From an uncultured Eubacteriales bacterium (GTDB lineage Bacteria; Bacillota; Clostridia; Oscillospirales; CAG-272), in the NCBI GenBank assembly GCA_900546695.1, contig URDX01000001.1:96614-160613 (forward strand): 64,000 bases of DNA, written 5' to 3'. The notes under the pieces were generated by a model. The model saw only the letters and a program-made list of their open reading frames with translations. It searched no databases and was not told the origin of the DNA. The position numbers and the translations under genes are program-made. Positions 45,590-53,724 of the stretch are shown here, in pieces (position 1 is the first letter of the stretch; every line of letters begins with the position of its first letter).

Positions 45590-47571
45590 GCGGAGCAAGA
45601 TCACTTGAGCAGCTGCGCGCACGTTACAGCAGCAGCGGTCAGACAAAGCCCGCCGGCGGCATGATGGGCGGCAGACGCGGACCGGGTCCCGGCGGACCCG
45701 GTCCGAGAGGTATGACAAAGGGCAAGCCGAAAAACACCCGCCGCACGGTCGGCAGACTGTTCTCGTACGTCCGCCCGTATACGGTCAATCTGATATTTGT
45801 GCTGCTGTGCATGCTCGTCAGCACGTTTACATCGCTTGTCGGCTCGTATCTGCTCGCACCTGTCATCAATAATATAGCGGGCGTTGCGACCACCGAAAAG
45901 AGCGGTGCTGCGGCGGTGCTCGCCGATAAGGTAATACGTTCGTTTACCGAGACCACGCTCATGCAGCGGCTGCTTTCGGGGCCCGCATGGACGGATGCGC
46001 TCGTGTATCTGTTCTGCGCGCTCGCGCTGATGCTCTGCATCTACCTTGTCGGAATCGTAACCACCTATCTGCAGGGCAGGCTTATGCTTTCGGTATCGCA
46101 GAGGGCGATAGAGCATCTGCGCTCAGACCTGTTCTGCGCGATGGACAGACTCCCCGTCAGATTTTTTGATGCCCACCCGACGGGCGAGATAATGAGCCGC
46201 TACACAAACGATGTCGATAACATTGACACTATGCTGCAAAACTCGCTCACATCGCTGACATCGGGCTTTATAACCCTTATCGGAACCTTTGTTTTCATGA
46301 TAACGACGAGCTGGCAGCTTACCCTTATCACCGTCTGCTTCGTGCCGATATTTATGAAGCTCGGATCGGTGATAGGCGGCAAGAGCAGCCGCTACTATTC
46401 GGGACAGCAGGAAGCACTCGGCGCGGTCAACGGCTATATCGAGGAGACGGTTTCGGGACAGAAGGTCGTCAAGGTCTTTAACCACGAGCAGGTCTGCTGC
46501 GAGGAGTTCGATACCATCAACCGCGATCTGCGCGAGAAGCAGATAGGAGCACAGTTCTTCGGCGGTATAATGGGCCCTATTATGGGTAATACCTCTCAGA
46601 TAAGCTTCGCGGTCACTGTAGGCGTCGGCGGCATACTTATGGTAGTCGGCGGACTTACTCCCGGCGCGCTGACCGTCTTTGCAAACTATTCGCGTCAGTT
46701 CTCGATGCCGATAAACACGGTGTCCATGCAGATGTCGACCATCTTTGCGGCTCTCGCGGGCGCGGAGAGGGTGTTTACGGTGATGGATGAAGAGCCCGAG
46801 CGGGATGACGACGGCGTTGTTCCGGGCGATGTCAGCCTTACGGGCGATATCGTGCTCGAGAATGTCAGCTTCGGCTATCGCCCCGACAAGACGGTGCTGC
46901 ACGATATTTCGCTGCACGCAATGCCGGGACAGAAGGTCGCATTCGTCGGTTCGACGGGCGCGGGCAAGACCACCGTTACGAATCTGCTCAGCCGTTTCTA
47001 CGATACCGACAGCGGCACAATAACGGTAGACGGTAAGAATATCCGCGAGTATCCGCTCGCGTCGCTGCGTAAGAATATCGCAATGGTGCTTCAGGATACG
47101 CATCTGTTTACGGGCACGGTGCGCGAGAATATCAGGTACGGCAGACCCGACGCGACCGATGAGGAGGTCGAGCTTGCCGCAAAGACCGCGAGCGCGCATT
47201 CGTTCATCATGCGTCTTGAGCACGGCTACAATACCGTTATCGAAGGCGACGGCGCGAATCTCTCGCAGGGTCAGCGTCAGCTGCTCAACATCGCCCGCGC
47301 GGCGATATCAAAGGCGCCTATCCTCGTGCTCGACGAGGCTACGAGCTCGGTCGATACACGTACCGAGCGTCACATCCAGCACGGTATGGACCGCCTGATG
47401 AAGGACAGAACGACCTTCGTCATCGCGCACCGTCTGTCTACCGTCCGTGATGCGGATATGATAATGGTTCTTGAGGGCGGCAGAATAATCGAGCGCGGCA
47501 GTCATGACGAGCTGATAGCTCTCGGCGGCAGATACTATGAGCTGTATACGGGCAAGCGCGAGCTTGACTGA
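45586..47571 (+). CDS. ABC transporter permease/ATP-binding protein (exporter half-transporter 2)
   Basis: 661 aa with a 4-nt overlap on the upstream gene. Gly/Pro/Arg-rich N-terminal extension. Walker A GSTGAGKTT, signature LSQGQRQL, Walker B ILVLDEATSSVD. Probably a heterodimeric partner of the upstream gene. Confidence 0.9.
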   Translation: MSGARSLEQLRARYSSSGQTKPAGGMMGGRRGPGPGGPGPRGMTKGKPKNTRRTVGRLFSYVRPYTVNLIFVLLCMLVSTFTSLVGSYLLAPVINNIAGVATTEKSGAAAVLADKVIRSFTETTLMQRLLSGPAWTDALVYLFCALALMLCIYLVGIVTTYLQGRLMLSVSQRAIEHLRSDLFCAMDRLPVRFFDAHPTGEIMSRYTNDVDNIDTMLQNSLTSLTSGFITLIGTFVFMITTSWQLTLITVCFVPIFMKLGSVIGGKSSRYYSGQQEALGAVNGYIEETVSGQKVVKVFNHEQVCCEEFDTINRDLREKQIGAQFFGGIMGPIMGNTSQISFAVTVGVGGILMVVGGLTPGALTVFANYSRQFSMPINTVSMQMSTIFAALAGAERVFTVMDEEPERDDDGVVPGDVSLTGDIVLENVSFGYRPDKTVLHDISLHAMPGQKVAFVGSTGAGKTTVTNLLSRFYDTDSGTITVDGKNIREYPLASLRKNIAMVLQDTHLFTGTVRENIRYGRPDATDEEVELAAKTASAHSFIMRLEHGYNTVIEGDGANLSQGQRQLLNIARAAISKAPILVLDEATSSVDTRTERHIQHGMDRLMKDRTTFVIAHRLSTVRDADMIMVLEGGRIIERGSHDELIALGGRYYELYTGKRELD

Positions 47572-47705
47572 TTGCGGCAGAACAAATGTTTTTTGATTCA
47601 ATAAATGCGTCCGCTCGGCTGCGGGCGCATTTGCATTGTGTGGGGCAGCACGTCGATAGTGATGATTTTATTCTCGCAGAGACCGAAAAAATCACCGATA
47701 TTCGG

Positions 47706-47734
47706 TTGACATGGGAAAAAAGTTATGATATAAT
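47706..47734 (+). promoter_or_regulatory. Sigma-A promoter (extended -10) of the rplU operon
   Basis: TTGACA (47706-47711), 17-nt spacer ending in TG, TATAAT (47729-47734). Confidence 0.7.
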
Positions 47735-47838
47735 GAAAAACGCCGCATGAAACAGGCAGGGATATTTATGCCCTATAAGCGCAGCGCCTGCACAGCGAGT
47801 TCGGGGGACAGACCCCATCAGAAAGTGAGGTGCTTTTC
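47735..47838 (+). promoter_or_regulatory. Candidate L21 ribosomal-protein leader
   Basis: A ~100-nt structured-looking 5' UTR between the promoter and rplU, in the position where Firmicutes carry the L21 leader. I did not verify the fold. Confidence 0.4.
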
Positions 47839-48150
47839 GTGTTTGCAGTAATCGAAACAGGCGGAAAGCAGTACAAAGTTGCCGAGGGCGACGTTATCTT
47901 CGTTGAGAAGCTCGACGTAGCCGAGGGCGAAACCTATACCTTTGACAAGGTGCTTGCTCTTTCCAAGGACGGTTCGTTCAAGAGCGGCGCTCCGTATGTT
48001 GAGGGTGCGTCGGTCACTGCCTCTGTCGTAAAGAACGGCAAGGGTAAGAAGATCACAGTTCTGCGTTACAAGTCTAAGAAGAACGAGAAGAGAAAGCTCG
48101 GTCACCGTCAGCCTTACACAAAGGTTCAGATCGGCAGCATCGCCGGCTGA
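47839..48150 (+). CDS. rplU: 50S ribosomal protein L21
   Basis: GTG 47839 behind GAGGTG gives [25 protein letters not shown]...; the ORF-track start at 47830 adds 3 aa. Confidence 0.9.
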   Translation: MFAVIETGGKQYKVAEGDVIFVEKLDVAEGETYTFDKVLALSKDGSFKSGAPYVEGASVTASVVKNGKGKKITVLRYKSKKNEKRKLGHRQPYTKVQIGSIAG

Positions 48151-48189
48151 GTTTTATCCCGTGCGGGATGAGCTTTCGGGAGTCATAGA

Positions 48190-48561
48190 ATGACTAAAGT
48201 AACATTTTACAAGAAGAGCGGCGTATATTACGGATTTTGCGAGACAGGTCACGCCGGTCTGGGAGAGATGGGCGGCGTTGACGAGCTTTGTGCGGGACTT
48301 TCCGCTATGACAATGCTTGTCGTCAATACCATCGAGGTCTCCTTCGGGGGAGATATCGACTATCGCTACGATCCCGACACGGCGGATGTTCAGGTCATCG
48401 CGCGCAGCGCACTCCCCGAGTACGAGAGTGACGAGCGGAAGCGCTACGCGGTATCAGGTGTGATACAGGGCTATTGTATGCAGCTCGCGGACATGCTCGA
48501 AGATTATTACGACTACCTCGACGTCTCCGAGACCGAGGAGGAGCCGCAGCCAATCGGCTGA
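48190..48561 (+). CDS. prp: Ribosomal-processing cysteine protease Prp
   Basis: Lies between rplU and rpmA. ..YYGFCETGHAG......ELCAGLSAM.. is the His/Cys dyad pattern of the Prp (YsxB) family. Acidic C-terminus. Confidence 0.85.
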   Translation: MTKVTFYKKSGVYYGFCETGHAGLGEMGGVDELCAGLSAMTMLVVNTIEVSFGGDIDYRYDPDTADVQVIARSALPEYESDERKRYAVSGVIQGYCMQLADMLEDYYDYLDVSETEEEPQPIG

Positions 48562-48605
48562 GCTGTCGGACGTAAAAAAAGAATTTTGATAAGGAGAAAA
48601 AGACC

Positions 48606-48884
48606 ATGCTTAGATTAGGTTTACAGTTCTTTGCACACAAAAAAGGTGTCGGTTCTACTAAGAACGGACGCGACAGTGAGTCCAAGCGCCTCGGCGTAAA
48701 GCGTGCCGACGGTCAGGCTGTAACGGCAGGAAACATCCTCGTTCGCCAGAGAGGAACTCACATTCATCCCGGCAATAATGTCGGAATCGGAACAGATGAT
48801 ACCCTCTTTGCTCTTATTGACGGTAAGGTCAAGTTCGAGCACATCACGGGCGGCAGAAAGCGCGTCAGCGTTTACGCCGACTGA
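48606..48884 (+). CDS. rpmA: 50S ribosomal protein L27 (with Prp-cleavable N-terminal extension)
   Basis: [67 protein letters not shown]. Confidence 0.95.
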   Translation: MLRLGLQFFAHKKGVGSTKNGRDSESKRLGVKRADGQAVTAGNILVRQRGTHIHPGNNVGIGTDDTLFALIDGKVKFEHITGGRKRVSVYAD

Positions 48885-48913
48885 TTTATCCGATCACGCG
48901 ATGAAAACAAAAA

Positions 48914-48940
48914 GGCAGGGCTGCACGCCCTGCCTTTTTT
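48914..48940 (+). terminator. Rho-independent terminator of the rplU-prp-rpmA operon
   Basis: GGCAGGG-CTGCACG-CCCTGCC followed by TTTTTT. Confidence 0.85.
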
Positions 48941-48945
48941 CGCTT

Positions 48946-49161
48946 GGGGAGGCTAAAATCGTCCGGAACGAAAAAACGAAAACAAGTAATGATAATTCAT
49001 TTTTGTATGACCTGTATTGCAGGTAATGTGTCGGAATCCTGACGGATTCCTGCATAAGCTTATACGTTTTCGTTTTTTCTGCGCCCGATTTCGCCGCACG
49101 ACGTACGCTTGTACGCCTTGCGCGACGAAATCGAACACTCCAAGCGATTTTATCTCTCCCC
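48946..49161 (+). repeat. MITE-like / structured repeat element, copy 2 (216 bp)
   Basis: Starts GGGGAGGCTAAAATCG. The reverse complement of its end is GGGGAGAGATAAAATCG, giving terminal inverted repeats. The internal blocks are shared with copy 1 (32212-32423). Confidence 0.7.
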
Positions 49162-49166
49162 TTTGC

Positions 49167-49266
49167 GGGAAGGCTAAAAAAGCGCAGACCGAAAACCGTC
49201 TCTGTCGTACATTTGTACGGTGATGGGCGTGTTTTCGACGCTTCTGCATCTTTTTTATCTCTTTCC
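49167..49266 (+). repeat. MITE-like element, copy 3 (internally shortened, about 100 bp, abutting copy 2)
   Basis: GGGAAGGCTAAAAAAGCGCAGACCGAAAACCGTC resembles the element's 5' end. It also contains the CGTAC-ATTT-GTACG hairpin and the 3'-end-like TTTTTTATCTCTTTCC. Confidence 0.55.
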
Positions 49267-49388
49267 ACTACGTGTCGGTCAAGTTAACATTTTAGAAACA
49301 TATAGCACACGAAAGCTTTATTTTCGTGTGCTATTATCTCTCTGTTATCGATTAGCCGCGCATATCATCGGCGCGGCATACGCAGTAT

Positions 49389-49462
49389 GCGGATATAGTT
49401 CAGTGGCAGAACCTCAGCTTCCCAAGCTGATCATGCGGGTTCGATTCCCGTTATCCGCTCCA
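49389..49462 (+). tRNA. tRNA-Gly(CCC)
   Basis: GCGGATATAGTTCAGTGGCAGAACCTCAGCTTCCCAAGCTGATCATGCGGGTTCGATTCCCGTTATCCGCTCCA. Anticodon stem TCAGC/GCTGA, loop TTCCCAA, encoded CCA. Confidence 0.9.
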
Positions 49463-49510
49463 CGAAAAAAACACTTAAGCTATAAAGCTTAAGTACCTCG
49501 GTCTGTCTGA

Positions 49511-49550
49511 AAACGCCGGTCTTCGCTCTTGCTTGACCGGCGTTTTTCGT
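49511..49550 (+). terminator. Rho-independent terminator after tRNA-Gly(CCC)
   Basis: AACGCCGGTC...GACCGGCGTT hairpin followed by TTTCGTTT. Confidence 0.75.
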
Positions 49551-49552
49551 TT

Positions 49553-49735
49553 GTGCACTCGGCATGTGTTACAACTTGGTGATGCAAGTCCGCTACCGAC
49601 ATAGCAGTAGGAGCTGTCAGAGGAGGGCAAGGGAATCCGTCGCAAGGCGGAGTCTGAAGGGAGCCCAAAGCAAAGCCTCGGTCTGACGAGCAACAACTTT
49701 TGCAGTGTACGGTAAAATGTCATCTACGGCACGCG
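49553..49735 (+). mobile_element. 5' fragment of a group II intron (class C-like), truncated
   Basis: GTGCACTCGGCATG..GGTGATGCAAGTCCG..GCAGTAGGAGC..GCAAGGGAATCCGTCGCAAGGCGGAGTCTGAAGGGAGCC..GCAAAGCCTCGGTCTGACGAGCAACA. This parallels, block for block, the domain I 5' region of group IIC introns as I remember it from the Oceanobacillus iheyensis intron (GUGUGCCCGGCAUG..GGUGAGAGUCCC..GCAAGGGUGUCCGUGGCGACAUGGAAUCUGAAGGAAGCGG..GCAAACCUUCGGUCUGAGGAACA). It starts 5 nt after a terminator, the classic class C target. No room remains for domains II-VI or an IEP before the MFS gene. Confidence 0.65.
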
Positions 49736-49745
49736 GGGGATTCTT

Positions 49746-50945
49746 TCAGCGTTTTTTCGATTCTGAGCCGCGCCCGAGGCGGTCGAATGCGAGGAGTCCG
49801 ACGAGCATCAGCGACGGAAAGATTATAGCAGAGAGAATACCTACGCGGAGGTCGCCGCCGACCGCGCCCGAAACAAAGCCCGCGAGAGTAGGACCGCCCG
49901 CGCAGCCGACGTCGCCCGCAAGGGCAAGCATCGCAAACAGCGCCGTTCCGCCGTTCTTTATCGTCGCGGCAGCCGTACTGTACGTGCCGGGCCAGAGCAG
50001 ACCGACCGAGAAGCCGCATACGGCACAGCCGAGCAAACCGACGGTCGGGCCCGGAATCAGCACGATAACGAGATAGGACGCGAGGCAGAGCACGGTGCTG
50101 AGCTTCATAAAGCGTCCGAGCGGAAGCCACTCGCCGCATCTGCCGTAAATAAGCCGCGACAGTCCCATCAGCAGTGCAAACGCCATCGGTCCCGCGAGGT
50201 CGCCGACCGTCTTTGAGACCCCGAGACCGCGCTCCGCAAAAGTCGATGCCCACTGACTGACCGCCTGTTCACTCGCGCCCGAGCAGAGCATCAGCAGCAT
50301 CAGCAGCCAAAAGACGGGCATTCGGAACAGCGCTGAGATACCGCAGCCGCCCGTGCCGTCATCGGTCAGCGAGCATATCGGCGCTCCCGCAAAAAGGATG
50401 ATATTAAGCACGGGAATGAGCGCCCACAGCAGCGTCAGATACCGCCAATTTTCGATGCCGAAAAGGGCGAAAAACACGGTGGAAAGCAGTACGACGCCGA
50501 CATGCCCCCAGCAGTAGAAGGAATGGAGCAGGCTCATCGCCTTCTCCTTGTTTTCGGACGGGCACGCCTCGATTATCGGGCTGATAAGCACCTCGATGAG
50601 CCCGCCTCCGACGGCGTATATCATGACCGAGATGAGTATTCCGACATATGCATCAGGCAGCAGCTCGGGCAGCACCGTCAGCGAGACGAGCCCGACCGCA
50701 GAGCAGATATGCGCGAGTAGCACCGACGCACGGTAGCCTATTCGGTCGATAAAGCCCGCCGACAGCATGTCGATGAGCAGCTGAATGAGAAAGTTGACCG
50801 TAATGAGCAGCGTTATCTCGGACAGCGGGATGCCGTAGCTGATTTGAAAGGTCACGAACAGAAGCGGTACGAAATTATTGACTATCGCCTGAACGATGTA
50901 TCCGATAAAACAGGCGTAGGTGGTTCTCTTGTAGTTCGGGTTCAT
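49746..50945 (-). CDS. MFS transporter
   Basis: 399 aa, about 12 TM helices, with an MFS-like loop motif (GFIDRIGYR). Confidence 0.85.
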   Translation of the reverse strand: MNPNYKRTTYACFIGYIVQAIVNNFVPLLFVTFQISYGIPLSEITLLITVNFLIQLLIDMLSAGFIDRIGYRASVLLAHICSAVGLVSLTVLPELLPDAYVGILISVMIYAVGGGLIEVLISPIIEACPSENKEKAMSLLHSFYCWGHVGVVLLSTVFFALFGIENWRYLTLLWALIPVLNIILFAGAPICSLTDDGTGGCGISALFRMPVFWLLMLLMLCSGASEQAVSQWASTFAERGLGVSKTVGDLAGPMAFALLMGLSRLIYGRCGEWLPLGRFMKLSTVLCLASYLVIVLIPGPTVGLLGCAVCGFSVGLLWPGTYSTAAATIKNGGTALFAMLALAGDVGCAGGPTLAGFVSGAVGGDLRVGILSAIIFPSLMLVGLLAFDRLGRGSESKKR

Positions 50946-51051
50946 GGGACGTTCCTTTTAAAATAAAGCTGTTCGGAATGCCGTTTGCACTCTGCATTTA
51001 AGCCACCATATAATAATATAAAGCAGCGCGCAAGTCAAGACTTTTTCAAGC

Positions 51052-51085
51052 AAAAAAAGATCTGTCGACATACAGTCGACAGATC
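51052..51085 (-). terminator. Rho-independent terminator of the XRE gene
   Basis: Perfect 11-bp stem GATCTGTCGAC-ATACA-GTCGACAGATC. The A7 run on the plus strand is a U-tract on the minus strand. Confidence 0.8.
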
Positions 51086-51090
51086 GGCGG

Positions 51091-51372
51091 TTAATCCTTC
51101 TTATTTTTGTTCAGAATGCTGTCTGGAATGACCGACATTCCGAGCAGCTCGCTCGGCTCGACCCCGAGTGCATCCGAAATATTAAAAAGTATTTCGACCG
51201 AGAAAGGGCGGACGATGTTCGGCGCTTCTATCGCGCTCAGATGCGAACGGCTCATCATAGCCTTTTCGGCAAGCTCCTCCTGCGACATACCGCGCAGGCG
51301 ACGCAGAGTCGAAATAGTGATACCGAGCTGTATAAATCGGTCGCGATTTTTAAATTCAATATCTTTACTCAT
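51091..51372 (-). CDS. XRE-family helix-turn-helix transcriptional regulator
   Basis: ATG 51372 lies behind GAGGTG. MSKDIEFKNRDRFIQLGITISTLRRLRGMSQEELAEKAMMSRSHLSAIEAPN... Low-GC gene. Confidence 0.8.
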   Translation of the reverse strand: MSKDIEFKNRDRFIQLGITISTLRRLRGMSQEELAEKAMMSRSHLSAIEAPNIVRPFSVEILFNISDALGVEPSELLGMSVIPDSILNKNKKD

Positions 51373-51530
51373 ATCGTGCACCTCATTAGCATGCAATAAT
51401 TATAAATTATTATTTCAGTTAATGCTGTTCTTGATATAAAGCTATTGACTAATATTTAGAGCAATAATATAATATTATAAAGCGACAAGCTGTTTCTTCC
51501 CATTTAATTTTATTTTATGGCGGTAAAAAA

Positions 51531-52034
51531 ATGACATGTTGTTTTATAGGGCACAGAAAAATTGTTGTTACAACGGCTTTAGAGCATACCTTAAACAATA
51601 TAATTATTCGCCTAATTAAAATCGGCGTTAATGAATTTGTTTTCGGTGACCACTCTGATTTTGACGATATTTGTTATAATATTGTTTCCGAATTGAGAAA
51701 ATTATATCCGCACATCCGCAGAATAAAATACAGAAAGGATTATCCCCATGTTAAAACCGGCGATTATTCAATGCAATTTCTTATAGGTGGGTATGAGGAC
51801 TGTTTCTTTCCTGCCGGAACAGAAAAAGCCGGCAGAGCCGCATATGTGGAAAGAAACCAAGCAATGATTCGCCATAGTGACTACTGTGTTTTTTATATCT
51901 CCGAAAAATATGTACAAAACCATAGCACGGATAGAAAAAGCGGCACTAAGATTGCCTTTGATTATGCAAAATCAAAGCATAAAAATATTATAAATGTACT
52001 CGATTACATACAAAAACCCGACCCGTCGACATAA
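51531..52034 (+). CDS. SLOG-superfamily DUF1273 (YpsA/YoqJ-like) protein
   Basis: 167 aa. MTCCFIGHRKI.. ..GVNEFVFGDHSDFDDICYNIVSELRKLYPHIRR.. ..YVERNQAMIRHSDYCVFY matches the DUF1273 pattern (CFTGHR, G..F..G...G.D, RN..m.d.sd). About 33% GC by eye. TTGACT-17-TATAAT promoter at about 51444-51472. Confidence 0.65.
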   Translation: MTCCFIGHRKIVVTTALEHTLNNIIIRLIKIGVNEFVFGDHSDFDDICYNIVSELRKLYPHIRRIKYRKDYPHVKTGDYSMQFLIGGYEDCFFPAGTEKAGRAAYVERNQAMIRHSDYCVFYISEKYVQNHSTDRKSGTKIAFDYAKSKHKNIINVLDYIQKPDPST

Positions 52035-52060
52035 ATCGGCAGGTCGGGTCATTATTCGAT

Positions 52061-52136
52061 TATCGGCTCTTATTTGACATATCGGCTCTTATTTGACATA
52101 TCGGTTCTTATTTGACCTGTCAGCTCTTAGCCCAAG
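52061..52136. repeat. 19-bp tandem repeat (3 good copies + 1 degenerate copy overlapping the stop and last codons of the DUF4340 gene)
   Basis: TATCGGCTCTTATTTGACA (52061-52079), TATCGGCTCTTATTTGACA (52080-52098), TATCGGTTCTTATTTGACC (52099-52117), TGTCAGCTCTTAGCCCAAG (52118-52136). Confidence 0.85.
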
Positions 52137-53724
52137 AATCGACATCAAGCCCCGAGAGGACCTTTTCGCAGTCGGAGATGACCTTTTCGACGCTGTCGGC
52201 AAGGACATAGAACTCGCCCTCTCCGTTGACTGTATAGAAGCAGCGGCGGGCGGAATAGCGATAGAAGCTGTACTCGGTCTCCTCACCGCTGCGCAGCTTT
52301 ATCGTAAACGAGAGCAGCAGGTCGTCGGTCGAGCGGGAGTCGGTATGGTCCTGAAGAGTTATCAGGAGCATTGAGCGGTACATGCTGCGGAAGTTATACA
52401 GCTCGTTTTCGTTAAACGCTCTGCCCACGCTGTCCGCGGTCACGCTGAGCGTGCCTTCCGAATCAACCGAGAAACGGAAGATCTCGTTTATCTCGCCCGA
52501 GCGTATGGAGAGCTCGGAGATGTCGGTTATCGCGGTATTAAGCAGTGCATGATCGACATAGCTGAGCACATCGTAATCGAGAAAGTCGAGGTCGCCGGGC
52601 TCGAACGCAACAATGATATTCCAGAGTGCAGAGTACGCATAGCGGTAGCCGTCGTCCGTGAGCGGACCGAAGAACACGTAGCTCTCGGTATCGTTATAGC
52701 TGTAGTGGAGGACGGTAAGCTCGCCGTCAAGACCGTACTCTGCAAGCGTATCGTCGCCGAACAGCGCACGCATGAGCAGCCTCAGCTGTGTGACGCACGC
52801 CTGCTGATACTCGAGCGCGTCCATATCGGAGGACACCGAATGCCCTATGCGGCTGACCCCTTCGATAAGCTCGCGGGTGGTGTCGTCCGCATCCCTCAGC
52901 AGGTCGCTCAGCTCCGGCCCGAGCTCGACCGCGCCCTTGCCCGCGAATTCGGTAAACTTCGAAAGGATGGTGCCGAGCGTGTCGGCGCTTGCGTTATAGC
53001 CCTGCGGCGCTTTCGTCGCGTAGCCGCTCGTGCCGTCCTCGCTCGCCGTGTAGTCGACCCATATTTTCATCTCATCGCCGCGCATGATATAGAAATCCTT
53101 AACGGCGTAGTACTTCGTTGACGACAGCGGATAGGTCACCATCGAATGAGCCATTGCATTGACGGGCGCGAGCAGTGTGGTGCGCGCGTCCGACGCGATA
53201 ATATAGACCGCATCCCTTCCCTCGAGCCGCGCGTAATAGCCGCCAGCAGTCGGGATAAGATCACCGATATAGACCTTGTATTCCGCTCCGCCGACCGACC
53301 TTATCACATAGTATGCGCAGTCGCCCGTCAGACCGTACTCTGCGAGCGCATCGCCCGTGCAGCTGTCGCTGACCCTGTCGAGCGTAGCGGAATAGCCCGC
53401 CGCAACGACAAGCGAGGAGAACGCCGATTTATTGTACGGAACGCTCTCATGGTCGCGGATGTAGAAGTTTCCGTCATCCGCCTTGTACATCTCCCAGTCG
53501 CCGTAGCTGTTATGCACCGAGATGCTTGCGATATTCGACTGCTCTATGCGCTCGAACATCATGATATAGCCGCTCGAATCCATAAGCTCACCCGGAAGCA
53601 GTGCGGTATCGTCGAAGGGCTCATCGGTCCGCAGCAGCGGCGAGAGCACCGCGAAATAGAGCACGGCGAGCACCGCAACGATCGCGAGCAGTATGATGGC
53701 GAGCTTTTTTCTTTTCTCTGTCAT
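52120..53724 (-). CDS. DUF4340 domain-containing protein (accessory component of the ABC/GldG-type operon)
   Basis: The likely start is ATG 53724, which overlaps the upstream stop (ATGA). MTEKRKKLAIILLAIVAVLAVLYFAV provides a TM anchor, followed by a long beta-rich ectodomain. Its position after the GldG-like gene is typical for DUF4340. Confidence 0.65.
   Translation of the reverse strand: MTEKRKKLAIILLAIVAVLAVLYFAVLSPLLRTDEPFDDTALLPGELMDSSGYIMMFERIEQSNIASISVHNSYGDWEMYKADDGNFYIRDHESVPYNKSAFSSLVVAAGYSATLDRVSDSCTGDALAEYGLTGDCAYYVIRSVGGAEYKVYIGDLIPTAGGYYARLEGRDAVYIIASDARTTLLAPVNAMAHSMVTYPLSSTKYYAVKDFYIMRGDEMKIWVDYTASEDGTSGYATKAPQGYNASADTLGTILSKFTEFAGKGAVELGPELSDLLRDADDTTRELIEGVSRIGHSVSSDMDALEYQQACVTQLRLLMRALFGDDTLAEYGLDGELTVLHYSYNDTESYVFFGPLTDDGYRYAYSALWNIIVAFEPGDLDFLDYDVLSYVDHALLNTAITDISELSIRSGEINEIFRFSVDSEGTLSVTADSVGRAFNENELYNFRSMYRSMLLITLQDHTDSRSTDDLLLSFTIKLRSGEETEYSFYRYSARRCFYTVNGEGEFYVLADSVEKVISDCEKVLSGLDVDSWAKS

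Noticed and set aside
46123-47223. 366-aa minus-strand ORF
   Set aside because: It is antisense to the second ABC exporter gene and has no motifs.
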